Assembly (NCBI GenBank): GCA_963666565.1
Contig: OY762911.1
Span: forward strand, 3,488,001-3,552,000
Origin: Thermoanaerobaculia bacterium
Lineage (GTDB): Bacteria > Acidobacteriota > Thermoanaerobaculia > Multivoradales > Multivoraceae
DNA: 64,000 nt
Reading direction: 5' to 3'
The notes under the pieces were generated by a model. It saw nothing but the letters and a program-made list of their open reading frames with translations, had not been told where the DNA came from and made no database searches. Within the stretch, counting starts at the first letter, position 1. Each line of letters opens with the position of its first letter. The position numbers and the translations under genes were made by a program. Below, piece after piece: positions 8,557 through 18,248 of this stretch.

Positions 8557-9786
8557 ATGGACTTTCAGGACTCACCGCAGGAAGCCGCCTTCCGCGCCGA
8601 GGCGCGCGCCTGGCTCGAAGCGAACGCCGAACCTCTGCCGCCCGGCGGCACGTCGCGGTTCGACGGCCTGCCCGAGCAGGAAGGCCTGGCCGCGATGAAG
8701 GAGTGGCAGCGGAAGAAGTACGACGACGGCTGGGCCTGCATCACCTGGCCGAAGGAACACGGCGGCCGCGGCGCCACCTTCATGGAGGGCGTGATCTGGG
8801 CCCAGGAAGAGGCGAAGTTCGACGTGCCGGAGGGCTACCTCGGCATCGGCCACGGCACCTGCGCGCCGGCGATCATGGCCCACGGCACGGAAGAGCAGAA
8901 GCGCCGCTACCTGCCCAAGCTGGCCAGCGGCGAGGAGGTCTGGTGCCAGCTCTTTTCCGAGCCGGGCGCCGGTTCGGACCTGGCCGGGCTCCGGACCCGC
9001 GCCGAGCGCGACGGCGACGAGTGGGTGGTCAACGGCCAGAAGGTCTGGAACTCGGGCGCCCACTACTCCGACTGGGGCATCCTGGTCACGCGGCACGATC
9101 CCAGCGTGCCCAAGCACAAGGGGCTGACCTTCTTCGTCGTCGACATGAAGTCGCCGGGCATCGACCCGCGGCCGATCCGCCAGATCCCGGGCACCTCGGA
9201 GTTCAACGAGGTCTTCCTCCAGAACGTCCGGATCCCCGATCACAACCGGCTCGGCGAGGTCGGGGCCGGCTGGCAGGTGGCGATCACCACGCTGATGAAC
9301 GAGCGCCACGGCCGCTACCAGATGACGCCCGACTGGAGCGACGCGCTTCGCCTCGCCGCGGAACTCGAGATCGACGGCGAACCGGCGGCGAACCAGAGTT
9401 CGGTGCGCGAGCGCATCGCCGACTGGTACGTCCAGTGCCGCGGCGTCGAGCTGACCTTCATGCGCACTCTGACCGCCATCTCGCAGGGCAAGCAGCCCGG
9501 GCCCGAGAACTCGATCTGCAAGGTGATCACCGCCAGCGCGCGCCAGGACATCGCCTCGTTCGCCGCCGACCTGCTCGATTCCGCGGGGGCGGTCAGCGGG
9601 CGCGAAGACGCCCCCTCGGCCGGCATGTTCCACTACGCCTACCTGGCCGCGCCGGGCATGAGGATCGCCGCCGGCACCGACGAGATCCTGCGCAACATCA
9701 TCGCCGAGCGCGTTCTCACCCTGCCCGGCGAAATCCGCGTCGACCGCGACCGGGCCTTCAGCGACATTCCGACCGGCGCCAACTGA
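8557..9786 (+). CDS. Acyl-CoA dehydrogenase
   Basis: WCQLFSEPGAGSDLA, GQKVWNS, IAAGTDEILRN; RBS AGGAG; TACAAT upstream. Confidence 0.92.
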   Translation: MDFQDSPQEAAFRAEARAWLEANAEPLPPGGTSRFDGLPEQEGLAAMKEWQRKKYDDGWACITWPKEHGGRGATFMEGVIWAQEEAKFDVPEGYLGIGHGTCAPAIMAHGTEEQKRRYLPKLASGEEVWCQLFSEPGAGSDLAGLRTRAERDGDEWVVNGQKVWNSGAHYSDWGILVTRHDPSVPKHKGLTFFVVDMKSPGIDPRPIRQIPGTSEFNEVFLQNVRIPDHNRLGEVGAGWQVAITTLMNERHGRYQMTPDWSDALRLAAELEIDGEPAANQSSVRERIADWYVQCRGVELTFMRTLTAISQGKQPGPENSICKVITASARQDIASFAADLLDSAGAVSGREDAPSAGMFHYAYLAAPGMRIAAGTDEILRNIIAERVLTLPGEIRVDRDRAFSDIPTGAN

Positions 9787-9793
9787 TCCAGGA

Positions 9794-9934
9794 GGCGCCG
9801 GCCTGGTGGCCGGCGCGCCCTTCTCGCCGGCTCCGCCGGCAGCGGGTCGGCACCCTGGTGGCGCGGCCCCGCGCCACCAGCGTCACGGTCCGAGCGCCCG
9901 TCCGCGGGCGGTCGGACGTCAGACCCGCGCACCC
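9794..9934. repeat. Composite REP-like palindromic element, long form (copy B)
   Basis: Same modules as copy A with compensatory stem changes; lies between convergent genes. Confidence 0.75.
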
Positions 9935-9958
9935 AACGGACGGTCGCGGTTCAGCTTG

Positions 9959-10729
9959 CTAGCCGCTCGCCTTGCGGTCGTAGAACCGCTTGTAGGAGGC
10001 GGTGCCTCCGTCGCCGCCGAACTGGATCTGGTTCAGGACGACCAACTGGCCCTTCTTGTTGACGCTGTACTCCTGGATGAAGAGCGCCTCCCCGCGTCCC
10101 CGGTTCCTGGTCACCAGCTTCGCCTTCTTCCAGAAGGCCTGGATCTCGCGCCGCTCGCCCACCTCGTACCACTCGCGGTCCGTCTTCAGGACGAGGGCCA
10201 GACCCCGGGAATCCGTGATCCGGACGCCGCCGTCCAGCATCTCGATGCTGAGCGCGTCCGCTCCGGCATTGGCGCCGCGGCCTATCCCGAGCGGACCGCC
10301 CCTACCGCCGCCCGGGCCGCCGGGGCCACCGGGACCGCCGGGGCCGGCGCCACCCGGGCCGCCTCCGGCGCCCGCGCCGGCACGACCTGCGCCGCCTCCA
10401 GCGGCACCGCCGCCGCCACTACCAGCGCCGCCCCCAACAGCGCCGCCGCCGCCACGACCGCCGCCACCGCGACCGCCGCCACCGCGACCGCTGAAACCGC
10501 CATCGCCGGCGCCGCGCGCGATTCTCATCCGCCGCAACGCCTGCCGCGGGTCGTCGCTCAACTCCTCGTTGAGGATCCACTCCCCGCCGATGTCCGCCGA
10601 CGGAGTTCCACCCCGCTGAGCCGCCTCCGCGGGCGACGCCGCCGCAGCGGACAGCAGGAGAGCCACCGCCATGGCGAACCCCCAATGCACGGTAGCCACC
10701 AGGAACGAACGAACCGACCGCTCTCTCAT
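9959..10729 (-). CDS. Secreted glycine-rich hypothetical protein
   Basis: Hydrophobic signal-like N-terminus, DIGGEWILNEELSDDP, central GGRGG/GPGG low-complexity tract. Confidence 0.7.
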   Translation of the reverse strand: MRERSVRSFLVATVHWGFAMAVALLLSAAAASPAEAAQRGGTPSADIGGEWILNEELSDDPRQALRRMRIARGAGDGGFSGRGGGGRGGGGRGGGGAVGGGAGSGGGGAAGGGAGRAGAGAGGGPGGAGPGGPGGPGGPGGGRGGPLGIGRGANAGADALSIEMLDGGVRITDSRGLALVLKTDREWYEVGERREIQAFWKKAKLVTRNRGRGEALFIQEYSVNKKGQLVVLNQIQFGGDGGTASYKRFYDRKASG

Positions 10730-10778
10730 CGCGACGCCCTCCCTTGTCCTTCAGCACTCCATCGAATTCGGCGCCCAG

Positions 10779-10852
10779 CGGCGCCGGCCCGACGGCCGGC
10801 GCCGCTTTCTGGCCGCCTCCGGCGGCAAGCGGGTCGGAAGACCCGCGCACCC
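10779..10852. repeat. Composite REP-like element, short form
   Basis: ggcgccggcc-cgac-ggccggcgcc, gccgcctccggcggc, gcgggtcggaagacccgcgcaccc. Confidence 0.75.
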
Positions 10853-10918
10853 AGCGCACCGCCAGTTCCAGCTTAGCGCCTGGATCCCACTCGGCCTGCA
10901 ACCGCGAGGAGCCGTCCA

Positions 10919-11095
10919 GTCCGGTTCGGCGACCGGGGAGAGGGTCCCAGCGGGCTGGAGGCAAGCGATTCTCGATGACGTCCCCTGAGCCCACGCCGGC
11001 GTGAAGCGCAGGCGACCGAAGCGAGCGCTGACGCCCCTTCCACCAGGAGAGCGCGAGCGGCCGCTGGTACCCTCTCCCCGGTCGCCGAACCGGAC
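10919..11095. repeat. Long-stem palindromic element (MITE-like or structured RNA), copy 1
   Basis: 35-bp terminal inverted repeat with 1 mismatch (10919-10953 / 11061-11095); interior homologous to 59799-59975. Confidence 0.75.
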
Positions 11096-11107
11096 GGGTG
11101 TCACCGA

Positions 11108-12478
11108 CTAGCTCGCGACCTCGCTTTCGCTGCCGGGGAACAGCAGCCGCGCCATCCGGGTCTGGGAGCGGTGGACGAAGAGGATGACCTGGTCGTCGGG
11201 GCGGAGCATGTTGCTGCGCTCGGGCATGAACACGCGGTCGCCGCGAACGACGGCGCCCACGATCAGGCCACGCGGCGCCTGGAGGTCGGCCAGCGTCGCG
11301 CCGGCGGCCGGGCTCGCCTCGTGGATCACCCGCTGGACGACCTGCACGGCGCCGTCCGCTAGCGTGACGAGGTTCGCCTTGTAGCCGTTGGCGACGAAGT
11401 TGCGCACGTGGTCGATCGCCAGCGAATGGGGCGAGACGAGCTCCACCTCGCCGACCCGCTTCCAGAGCCGGCTGGTCGTGTGGTGAATCAGCGCCACCAC
11501 CCGGCGCACGCCGAGTTCCTGCGCGATCAGGCCGGCGACGACGTTGCTGTCGTCGTGGCTGGTGGCGGCGATCAGCACCTCGGCCCGGCCGAGGCCCTCG
11601 CTCTCCATCGTCGCCGCGTCGATCGGATCGCCGTGCAGCACCTCGACGTCGGGGAACGACTGCGCGAAGAACTCGGCCCGGCGCCGGTCGCGCTCGATCC
11701 AGCGGAGGCGCTTCACTTCGCTCCGCAGCGCCCTGACGACCGAGACCGCCGCCGGACTGCCGCCGGCGATCGCCACCGTGTGGGGATGCTCGATGCGGGA
11801 CGCGAACAGCTCTTCCACCTCGTGGGTCGACTTGGTGCGGCACAGCACCATCGCCAGGTCGCCCGGCGCCGCCCGCAGGTCGGGACCCGGAATCGACAGT
11901 TCGTGCTCCCCGTCGAAGTACCCGACGATCCGCGCGTCCTCCGGCAGCGGCAGTTCGCTGAGCGGGAGGCGGGCCACCGTGCTGTCCGCCTGTACCTGGA
12001 TCGTCCGCAGCTCGAAACGGCCCCGCGCGAGGTAGTCGACCTCGTGGGTGTGGTGGCCGAGCACGATGTTGAGGATCGCGTTCGTCGCCAGGCTCTGCGG
12101 CGAGAGGAGCAGGTCGGCCCCGAACAGCCGCTCGTAGGAACGGCGGTAGACCGTCAGGTCCTCCGACGTGTCGATCCGCACGACGCACCGCTTGGCGCCG
12201 AGGCTCCGCGCGATGACCGACGCCACCAGGTTCGCCTCCTCCGAGGAGGACGCGGCGATGAAGAGTTCCGCCCGGTCGACGTTCGCCCGCTCCAGCACCG
12301 CCTGATGGGCGCCGTTGCCGACGACGAAGGCCGCGTCGAGTTCCTCCTCGATCCGCTCGCTCCTGGCCGGGTCGACGTCGATCAGCGTGAGGCTTCGGCC
12401 TTCCCGGCCGAAGGCCTCGGCGATATGGAAGCCCATGTCGCCGATGCCCATCACGCAGAAGTGGCCGTTCGCGCTCAC
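11108..12478 (-). CDS. trkA: Trk system potassium uptake protein TrkA
   Basis: Two RCK-N/RCK-C pairs (MGIGDMG, GNGA, SEEANLV, HGDP, DDSNVV); GTG start with GGAAGG upstream. Confidence 0.85.
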   Translation of the reverse strand: MSANGHFCVMGIGDMGFHIAEAFGREGRSLTLIDVDPARSERIEEELDAAFVVGNGAHQAVLERANVDRAELFIAASSSEEANLVASVIARSLGAKRCVVRIDTSEDLTVYRRSYERLFGADLLLSPQSLATNAILNIVLGHHTHEVDYLARGRFELRTIQVQADSTVARLPLSELPLPEDARIVGYFDGEHELSIPGPDLRAAPGDLAMVLCRTKSTHEVEELFASRIEHPHTVAIAGGSPAAVSVVRALRSEVKRLRWIERDRRRAEFFAQSFPDVEVLHGDPIDAATMESEGLGRAEVLIAATSHDDSNVVAGLIAQELGVRRVVALIHHTTSRLWKRVGEVELVSPHSLAIDHVRNFVANGYKANLVTLADGAVQVVQRVIHEASPAAGATLADLQAPRGLIVGAVVRGDRVFMPERSNMLRPDDQVILFVHRSQTRMARLLFPGSESEVAS

Positions 12479-12660
12479 CGCCTTCCGAGCATAAGCCACG
12501 CCCGGATGGCGCGACCCCCGGCCCACGCGCGAACCGTTCCGTCGCCATCCGGGAAGCGCACGGACGACCGCAACCGACCCTCGGGCGGCGCGTGCGCGCG
12601 TCTGCTACGGTTGCCGCTTCCGCCCGCGACAGGGCCGTCCGCGGCGCCGGGCCGAACACG

Positions 12661-13080
12661 ATGGCCGAACTGAAGACGAAGCTGAACGACGCCAGCGTCG
12701 AGGGATTCCTGGCCGCCGTCGAGAACGACCGCCGCCGCCAGGACAGCTTCGCCGTCCTCGAACTGATGAAGCGCGTGACCGGCGAAGAACCGAAGATGTG
12801 GGGTTCCTCGATCGTCGGCTTCGGCAGCTACCGCTACCGCTACGCCAGCGGCCGCGAGGGCGACTGGCCGCGCACGGGATTCTCGCCGCGCAAGCAGAGC
12901 CTGACGATCTACGTCATGCCCGGGTTCTCGCGGTACGACGACCTGCTGGCCCGGCTCGGCAAGCACCGGACCGGCAAGTCGTGCCTCTACGTCAACAAGC
13001 TTGCCGACGTCGACATGGACGTGCTGGAAGAACTGGTTCGCGGTTCGCTCGACACGATGCGGGAAAGGTACCCGGACTAG
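12661..13080 (+). CDS. DUF1801 (YdhG-like) protein
   Basis: MWGSSIVGFGSYRYRYASGREGDW, GFSPRK, LGKHRTGKSCLY. Confidence 0.9.
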   Translation: MAELKTKLNDASVEGFLAAVENDRRRQDSFAVLELMKRVTGEEPKMWGSSIVGFGSYRYRYASGREGDWPRTGFSPRKQSLTIYVMPGFSRYDDLLARLGKHRTGKSCLYVNKLADVDMDVLEELVRGSLDTMRERYPD

Positions 13081-13102
13081 CGCCCGGACCGGAGGAAACG
13101 CA

Positions 13103-13900
13103 ATGAGCTACGAACGGATCCTGCTCGAACAGGACGGCCCTCTCGCCACGATCACGCTGAACCACCCGGAGGTGCTGAACGCGACGGACGCCCGGATGGT
13201 CGGCGAGCTCAGCGACGCCGTGCTGCGCATCCGCGATCCGGAGAGCGGCGTGCGCGCGCTCCTGCTCACCGGCGCCGGCCGCGCCTTCTGCTCGGGCGCC
13301 AACCTGTCGGGGCGCGGCAACCGGCCGGAAGGGGCGGTGAACCCGACGGCCCGCGAGAACCTGCGCAACAACTACCACCCTCTGCTGCTCTCGCTCCGCG
13401 ATCTGGACATGCCCATCGTCACCGCGGTCAACGGCGCGGCGGCCGGCGTCGGCATGAGCTTCGCCCTGATCGGCGACCTGGTCTGCGCGTCGAAGCAGGC
13501 CTTCTTCCTGCAGGCGTTCGCGCGCATCGGACTGGTGCCCGACGGCGGCGCCACCTTCATGCTGCCCCGCCTGATCGGCTGGGGCCGCGCGGTCGAACTC
13601 TCCATGCTGGCCGAACGTCTGCCGGCCGACAAGGCCTTCGAGTGGGGCCTGATCAACCGCCTCTACGACGACAACGAGTCCCTGATGGAGGGCGCCAGCG
13701 AGCTTGCCCACCGCCTGGCCAACGGACCCCGTTCCCTGGCGATGATCCGCAAGGCCTACTGGGCGACCTGGCAGAACGTGTACGAGCAGCAACTCGACCT
13801 GGAGGCGAGGCTGCAGGCCGAGGCGGGCGCCACCGAGGACTCGCGCGAAGGAGTCCTCGCCTTCCTCGAGAAGCGGCCGGCGCAGTTCAAGGGCCGCTGA
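13103..13900 (+). CDS. Enoyl-CoA hydratase/isomerase (PaaG-like)
   Basis: GRAFCSGANL, AVNGAAAGVG, IGLVPDGG, EGVLAFLEKR; RBS GGAGG. Confidence 0.9.
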   Translation: MSYERILLEQDGPLATITLNHPEVLNATDARMVGELSDAVLRIRDPESGVRALLLTGAGRAFCSGANLSGRGNRPEGAVNPTARENLRNNYHPLLLSLRDLDMPIVTAVNGAAAGVGMSFALIGDLVCASKQAFFLQAFARIGLVPDGGATFMLPRLIGWGRAVELSMLAERLPADKAFEWGLINRLYDDNESLMEGASELAHRLANGPRSLAMIRKAYWATWQNVYEQQLDLEARLQAEAGATEDSREGVLAFLEKRPAQFKGR

Positions 13901-13962
13901 GCCGCCGCCGCCCTCACCGGCGAACCGCTCGACTTTCACCCGAACCCGAGGAGATCTCCACC

Positions 13963-15948
13963 ATGCCGGCGAGACGCCGTCCCCGTTCGATTTCCCGCGC
14001 CGCGGCCGCGGCGCTCGCCCTTCTGGCCTGCTCCGCCGCCGGCGCCCAGGAGGCGATCGAGTGGCGCCACTACGCCGCCGACCGCGCCAGCACGAAGTAC
14101 TCGCCGGCGGCGCAGATCGACGCTTCGAACGTCTCCGATCTCGAGGTCGCCTGGCGCTGGGTCACGCCCGACGGGCGGGTCGAGGCCAGGACGCTGTCCG
14201 GCGACATGAAGGGCACGCCGCTGATGGTGAACGGCACGCTGTACGCCGTCTCGGCCATGAACCTGGTGAGCGCCGTCGCCCCCGAGACCGGCGAGGAGCT
14301 CTGGACCTACGATCCGAAGGCCTACGAGCGCGGCATCCCGACCCACGGCGGCTTCACCCAGCGCGGCATCGAGTTCTGGGAGCACCGAGGCATGCAGCGG
14401 ATCGTGCTGGTGACCGGCACCCACCAGCTCGTGTCCCTGGACGCGAGAACCGGCAAGCCAGACCTCGAGTTCGGCGAAGCCGGGACGGTGGACATGCGCG
14501 GCGACATCGGCCGGCCGGACCAGATGCGCGACACCGGCGCGAACTCGCCCGGCATCGTCTGCGGCGACACCGTCCTCATGGGCATGACGATCATGGACTT
14601 CGCCCTGACCAACGAGATGCCGGCCGGCCACATCCGCGGCTACGACATCCGCACCGGCCGGAAGAAGTGGGTGTTCCACACCGTGCCCCAGGACGGCGAA
14701 CCCGGCGCGGAGACCTGGCACGACGAGTCCTGGCGCTACTCGGGCAACAGCAACGTCTGGTCGTGGATGAGCTGCGACGACGAGACGGGCTGGGTCTACT
14801 TCGGCACCGGCACGCCGACCAGCGACTACTACGGCGGCCACCGCCACGGCGACAACCTCTACGCCGAGAGCCTGGTCGCCATCGACACCGCGACCGGCGA
14901 GAAGAAGTGGCACTTCCAGGCGGTGCGGCACGGCCTGTGGGACTACGACTTTCCCTGCGCGCCGATCCTGCTCGACATCGAGGTCGACGGCGAGCGCATC
15001 GAGGCGGTGGCCCAGGTCAGCAAGCAGGCGTTCACCTACGTCTTCGACCGCAAGACCGGCGAGCCGGTATGGCCGATCGAGGAGCGGAAGGTGCCCGAGA
15101 GCTCGGTCCCCGGGGAATGGACCGCGGACCGGCAGCCCTTCCCCAGCAAGCCACCGCCCTTCGACCGCCAGGGCGTGCGCGAGAGCGACCTGATCGACTT
15201 CACGACGGAGCTCAAGGCGAAGGCGGTCGAGATCTACCGCGAGGGCTTCCTGGGCGGCCCGCTGTTCACGCCGCCGATCGTCAGGGGCGCCAACGGCAAG
15301 CAGGGGATGGCGCAACTGCCCGGCCAGGCCGGAGGCGCGAACTGGGGCGGCGCCGCGGTGGACCCGGAGACCGGCGTCCTGTTCGTGCCATCGCAGACTC
15401 GCCTGGGCACGATGGCGTTGACGCCGCCAAGCGAACGGCAGCCTTCCGACCGCGACTACCTGCCGGCGTTCACGTTCCCCGCCGGCCCGGAGGGCCTGCC
15501 GCTGGTCAAGCCGCCCTGGACCCGGCTCACCGCGATCGACCTGAACCGGGGCGAGATCCTCTGGCAGACGCCGGTGGGCGACGGCCCGCGGGAGCATCCC
15601 GCCCTGGCGGACCTCGACCTCGGCCCGCTCGGCGCCTGGCCGCTGGCCGGCCTGACTCCCGGCTGGCCGATGGCGACCGCCACGCTCGTGTTCGTCGTCA
15701 CCAGCGAGCAGGTGCCCGGCACGTACCAGGAGGGCGCCGCCGGCTTCACCTCCAGCGGACCGTCGACCGGTTTCCTCTACGCCTTCGACAAGGCGACCGG
15801 CGAGGAGGTCTGGCGCACCGAACTGCCCGACACGCCCGGCGGCGGCCCGATGACCTACGTCGTCGGCGGCCGCCAGTTCATCGTCGTTCCCGTCGGCAAC
15901 CGCGGCCAGGAGCACTCCCTGATCGCGTACGCGCTGCCGACTGGATAG
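13963..15948 (+). CDS. PQQ-dependent dehydrogenase (glucose/quinate-type beta-propeller), secreted
   Basis: Signal peptide, KYSP..QI, TPLMVNG, HGLWDYD, GGANWGG, GPMTY. Confidence 0.88.
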   Translation: MPARRRPRSISRAAAAALALLACSAAGAQEAIEWRHYAADRASTKYSPAAQIDASNVSDLEVAWRWVTPDGRVEARTLSGDMKGTPLMVNGTLYAVSAMNLVSAVAPETGEELWTYDPKAYERGIPTHGGFTQRGIEFWEHRGMQRIVLVTGTHQLVSLDARTGKPDLEFGEAGTVDMRGDIGRPDQMRDTGANSPGIVCGDTVLMGMTIMDFALTNEMPAGHIRGYDIRTGRKKWVFHTVPQDGEPGAETWHDESWRYSGNSNVWSWMSCDDETGWVYFGTGTPTSDYYGGHRHGDNLYAESLVAIDTATGEKKWHFQAVRHGLWDYDFPCAPILLDIEVDGERIEAVAQVSKQAFTYVFDRKTGEPVWPIEERKVPESSVPGEWTADRQPFPSKPPPFDRQGVRESDLIDFTTELKAKAVEIYREGFLGGPLFTPPIVRGANGKQGMAQLPGQAGGANWGGAAVDPETGVLFVPSQTRLGTMALTPPSERQPSDRDYLPAFTFPAGPEGLPLVKPPWTRLTAIDLNRGEILWQTPVGDGPREHPALADLDLGPLGAWPLAGLTPGWPMATATLVFVVTSEQVPGTYQEGAAGFTSSGPSTGFLYAFDKATGEEVWRTELPDTPGGGPMTYVVGGRQFIVVPVGNRGQEHSLIAYALPTG

Positions 15949-15961
15949 ACGCCCGCCGCCC

Positions 15962-16089
15962 GGGTGCGCGGGTCTTCCGGCCCGCCTGGGTGCGCGGGTC
16001 TTCCGACCCGCCTGGGTGCGCGGGTCTTCCGACCCGCCTGGGTGCGCGGGTCTTCCGACCCGCCTGGGTGCGCGGGTCTTCTGACCCGC
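15962..16089. repeat. Tandem array of five 26-bp REP-like palindromic units
   Basis: gggtgcgcgggtcttccgacccgcct x5 with no spacers; between convergent genes. Confidence 0.95.
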
Positions 16090-16103
16090 ACTCCGCCTGT
16101 GCC

Positions 16104-16784
16104 TCAGCGCCGCTTCGACAGGCGAGCGTCCGGCGGATCCGCGATCCACTCCGCGCCCTGTTCCCAGGCGTCGTCGAAAACCGTGTCCCGGATAGGCAGC
16201 CGGCGCAGCGGACCGTGACGTCCCAGCGGCTTGCCGATCGTGATCGTGAGCGACAGCTCGACGTTCTCCGGAATCTCCAGAATCTCCCTCAGCTCGCCGG
16301 CCACCGCATGGTGCCAGCCGCTGTAGCAGGCGCCGTAGCCCAGCGCCCGCGCCATCAGGAACAGGTTCTGGCACGCCGGGAAAACGGACGCGCCTTCCGA
16401 GTGGGTCAGCGCCCGGTAGCGGACGTAGCAGGCGATGACGACCGCCGGGATCCGCTCGAAGTGGTCCACGTAGTGCTGAATCGCCCGGCTGACCCGCGCC
16501 TTCGGCGAGTTCGGGTCGGCGGCCGAACCGCGATTCCAGCCCTCCTCCTCCGTCTTCCGCGCCCAGCCGCGACGAAAGGACTCGCCCAGCAGCCGGCGAG
16601 CGCGCCGCGCCCGCGGTCCGTCCCGCAGGACGATGAAGCGGAAGGGCTGACGGTTCGTGCCGGACGGCGCCCGGCTCGCGGCATAGAGGATCTTCGCCAG
16701 GTCCTCGTCCGGGATCGGATCGTGGCTGTAGCGCCGCACGGAACGGGCGGTGGAAAGCAGTTCGAGGAAGTCGTCGGCGTCCAT
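16104..16784 (-). CDS. Nitroreductase family protein
   Basis: ARSVRRY, RAPSGTNRQPFRF, QNLFLMARALGYG. Confidence 0.9.
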   Translation of the reverse strand: MDADDFLELLSTARSVRRYSHDPIPDEDLAKILYAASRAPSGTNRQPFRFIVLRDGPRARRARRLLGESFRRGWARKTEEEGWNRGSAADPNSPKARVSRAIQHYVDHFERIPAVVIACYVRYRALTHSEGASVFPACQNLFLMARALGYGACYSGWHHAVAGELREILEIPENVELSLTITIGKPLGRHGPLRRLPIRDTVFDDAWEQGAEWIADPPDARLSKRR

Positions 16785-16905
16785 GGGTCGTACGATCCCC
16801 CACCCGCGACGGCCGCGTCAAGGGATAGGATCGGCCGCGTTCTACTCCCCTCCCACATGAAGCGCCGGCCCGCGGCCGCGGCGACCGGCGCCGAGGTAGC
16901 AGACG

Positions 16906-18237
16906 ATGCAGAGACTCGCCCTTCGATTCCTTCCCCTCGCCCTGCTTCTGATCGCCTCCGCGGCGTCGGCCCAGCGCAGCCAACTGGAACTGCAGGTGGT
17001 CGACATGGCCGGCGCCGAGCTGGGACCGGTAAACGTCACGGTCTTCGCGCCCACGGGCGAGATCGTCGTGCAGGACGCCACCCGCAAGAACGGCCGCCTG
17101 CGGATCCGGCTGGCGCCGGCGGAAGCGCCGTACAGACTGCTGCTGCAGAAGGAGGGTTACCCGGACCGTGAACTCGAGGTCGAGATCCTCGACGGGGGCC
17201 GGGACCGATCGCTTACGGCTCAGCTCTGGGACGAAGCGGCCGCCCGCCAGCAGCAGGCGGTCGACGCCTTCAACGAGGGTATCGGGAAGATCCAGGCCGG
17301 CGACGCCGCCGGCGCCCTGCCGCTCTTCGAGAAGGCCGTGGAGATCGATCCGACGATCGCCGCCGCCCATCGGACGATCGCGGCCATCCTGCACAACCTC
17401 GGGAGACTCGACGAGGCGCTGGCGCCAGCCGGCCGGTATCTCGAACTGGAAGCGATGCCGCCCGAGCTCGCGTCCATGTTCTTCGACATCTTCGCGGCGG
17501 CCGACGACCCCCGCGCCGAGGAAGCGAAGCAGGCGGCGATCGAGGCCGGCATGGGCGCCGAACTCGCTCCCGGCCTGTTCTCCCAGGGCGTCCAGGCGGT
17601 GCGGGCCGGCGACGACGAGCGCGCGATCGAACTCTTCCGCGAGGCGACGACGCTCAACCCGCGGCTCCACCAGGCCTACCGGAACATCGGCACGATCCTC
17701 TTCAACGACGGAAAGTACGAGGAAGCCCTGGTGGAGCTCGACAAGACGCTGGAAATCGAACCGCGGGCCTCGGAGGCGCTGCGGATGAGGTACTTTTCCT
17801 TCGCCTCGCTCGGCCGCCTCGAAGACTCCATCGAAGCGGGCAAGGCCTGGCTCGCGGTCGAACCCACCGCCGGCAGGCAGGTGCAGTTCCAGGCCCAGCA
17901 GCTCTTCGACCAGGAAGCGTTCGGCAACGCGAAGCTCTACGACCAGTCGCTCATCGCCTGGGACGACAACCACCCGCGCGCCCACTTCCGGCTCGGCGTG
18001 ATCTACCGCCGCAGCGCCGACTCCGGCCCTGCGAAGGTACACCTGACGACGTATCTGGAATCCGCGCCGGACGGCGAGGACGTCGAGGACCTGGCAAGAG
18101 CGCACTACGAACTCGGCATGCTCGCGGTCAACGCAAGCGACGCGGCCGCCGCCCGCGAGCACCTGAGCAAGTCGCTCGAAATGGCGCCGGAGGGCGAGTT
18201 CGCGGACGTGGCCCGCGCTGCGCTCGATCAGTTGTAG
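16906..18237 (+). CDS. Secreted tetratricopeptide repeat protein with N-terminal carboxypeptidase-regulatory-like domain
   Basis: Signal peptide, multiple TPR units (FEKAVEIDP, AYRNIG, AHFRLG). Confidence 0.8.
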   Translation: MQRLALRFLPLALLLIASAASAQRSQLELQVVDMAGAELGPVNVTVFAPTGEIVVQDATRKNGRLRIRLAPAEAPYRLLLQKEGYPDRELEVEILDGGRDRSLTAQLWDEAAARQQQAVDAFNEGIGKIQAGDAAGALPLFEKAVEIDPTIAAAHRTIAAILHNLGRLDEALAPAGRYLELEAMPPELASMFFDIFAAADDPRAEEAKQAAIEAGMGAELAPGLFSQGVQAVRAGDDERAIELFREATTLNPRLHQAYRNIGTILFNDGKYEEALVELDKTLEIEPRASEALRMRYFSFASLGRLEDSIEAGKAWLAVEPTAGRQVQFQAQQLFDQEAFGNAKLYDQSLIAWDDNHPRAHFRLGVIYRRSADSGPAKVHLTTYLESAPDGEDVEDLARAHYELGMLAVNASDAAAAREHLSKSLEMAPEGEFADVARAALDQL

Positions 18238-18248
18238 CGCGCGCCGAC

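Noticed and set aside
12501-12553. Inverted repeat cccggatggcg...cgccatccggg upstream of trkA as a riboswitch
   Set aside because: Single hairpin with no recognisable c-di-AMP or other motif; lies upstream of the likely -10
15962-16089. Possible CRISPR array
   Set aside because: Units are contiguous with no unique spacers, and no cas genes are in the window
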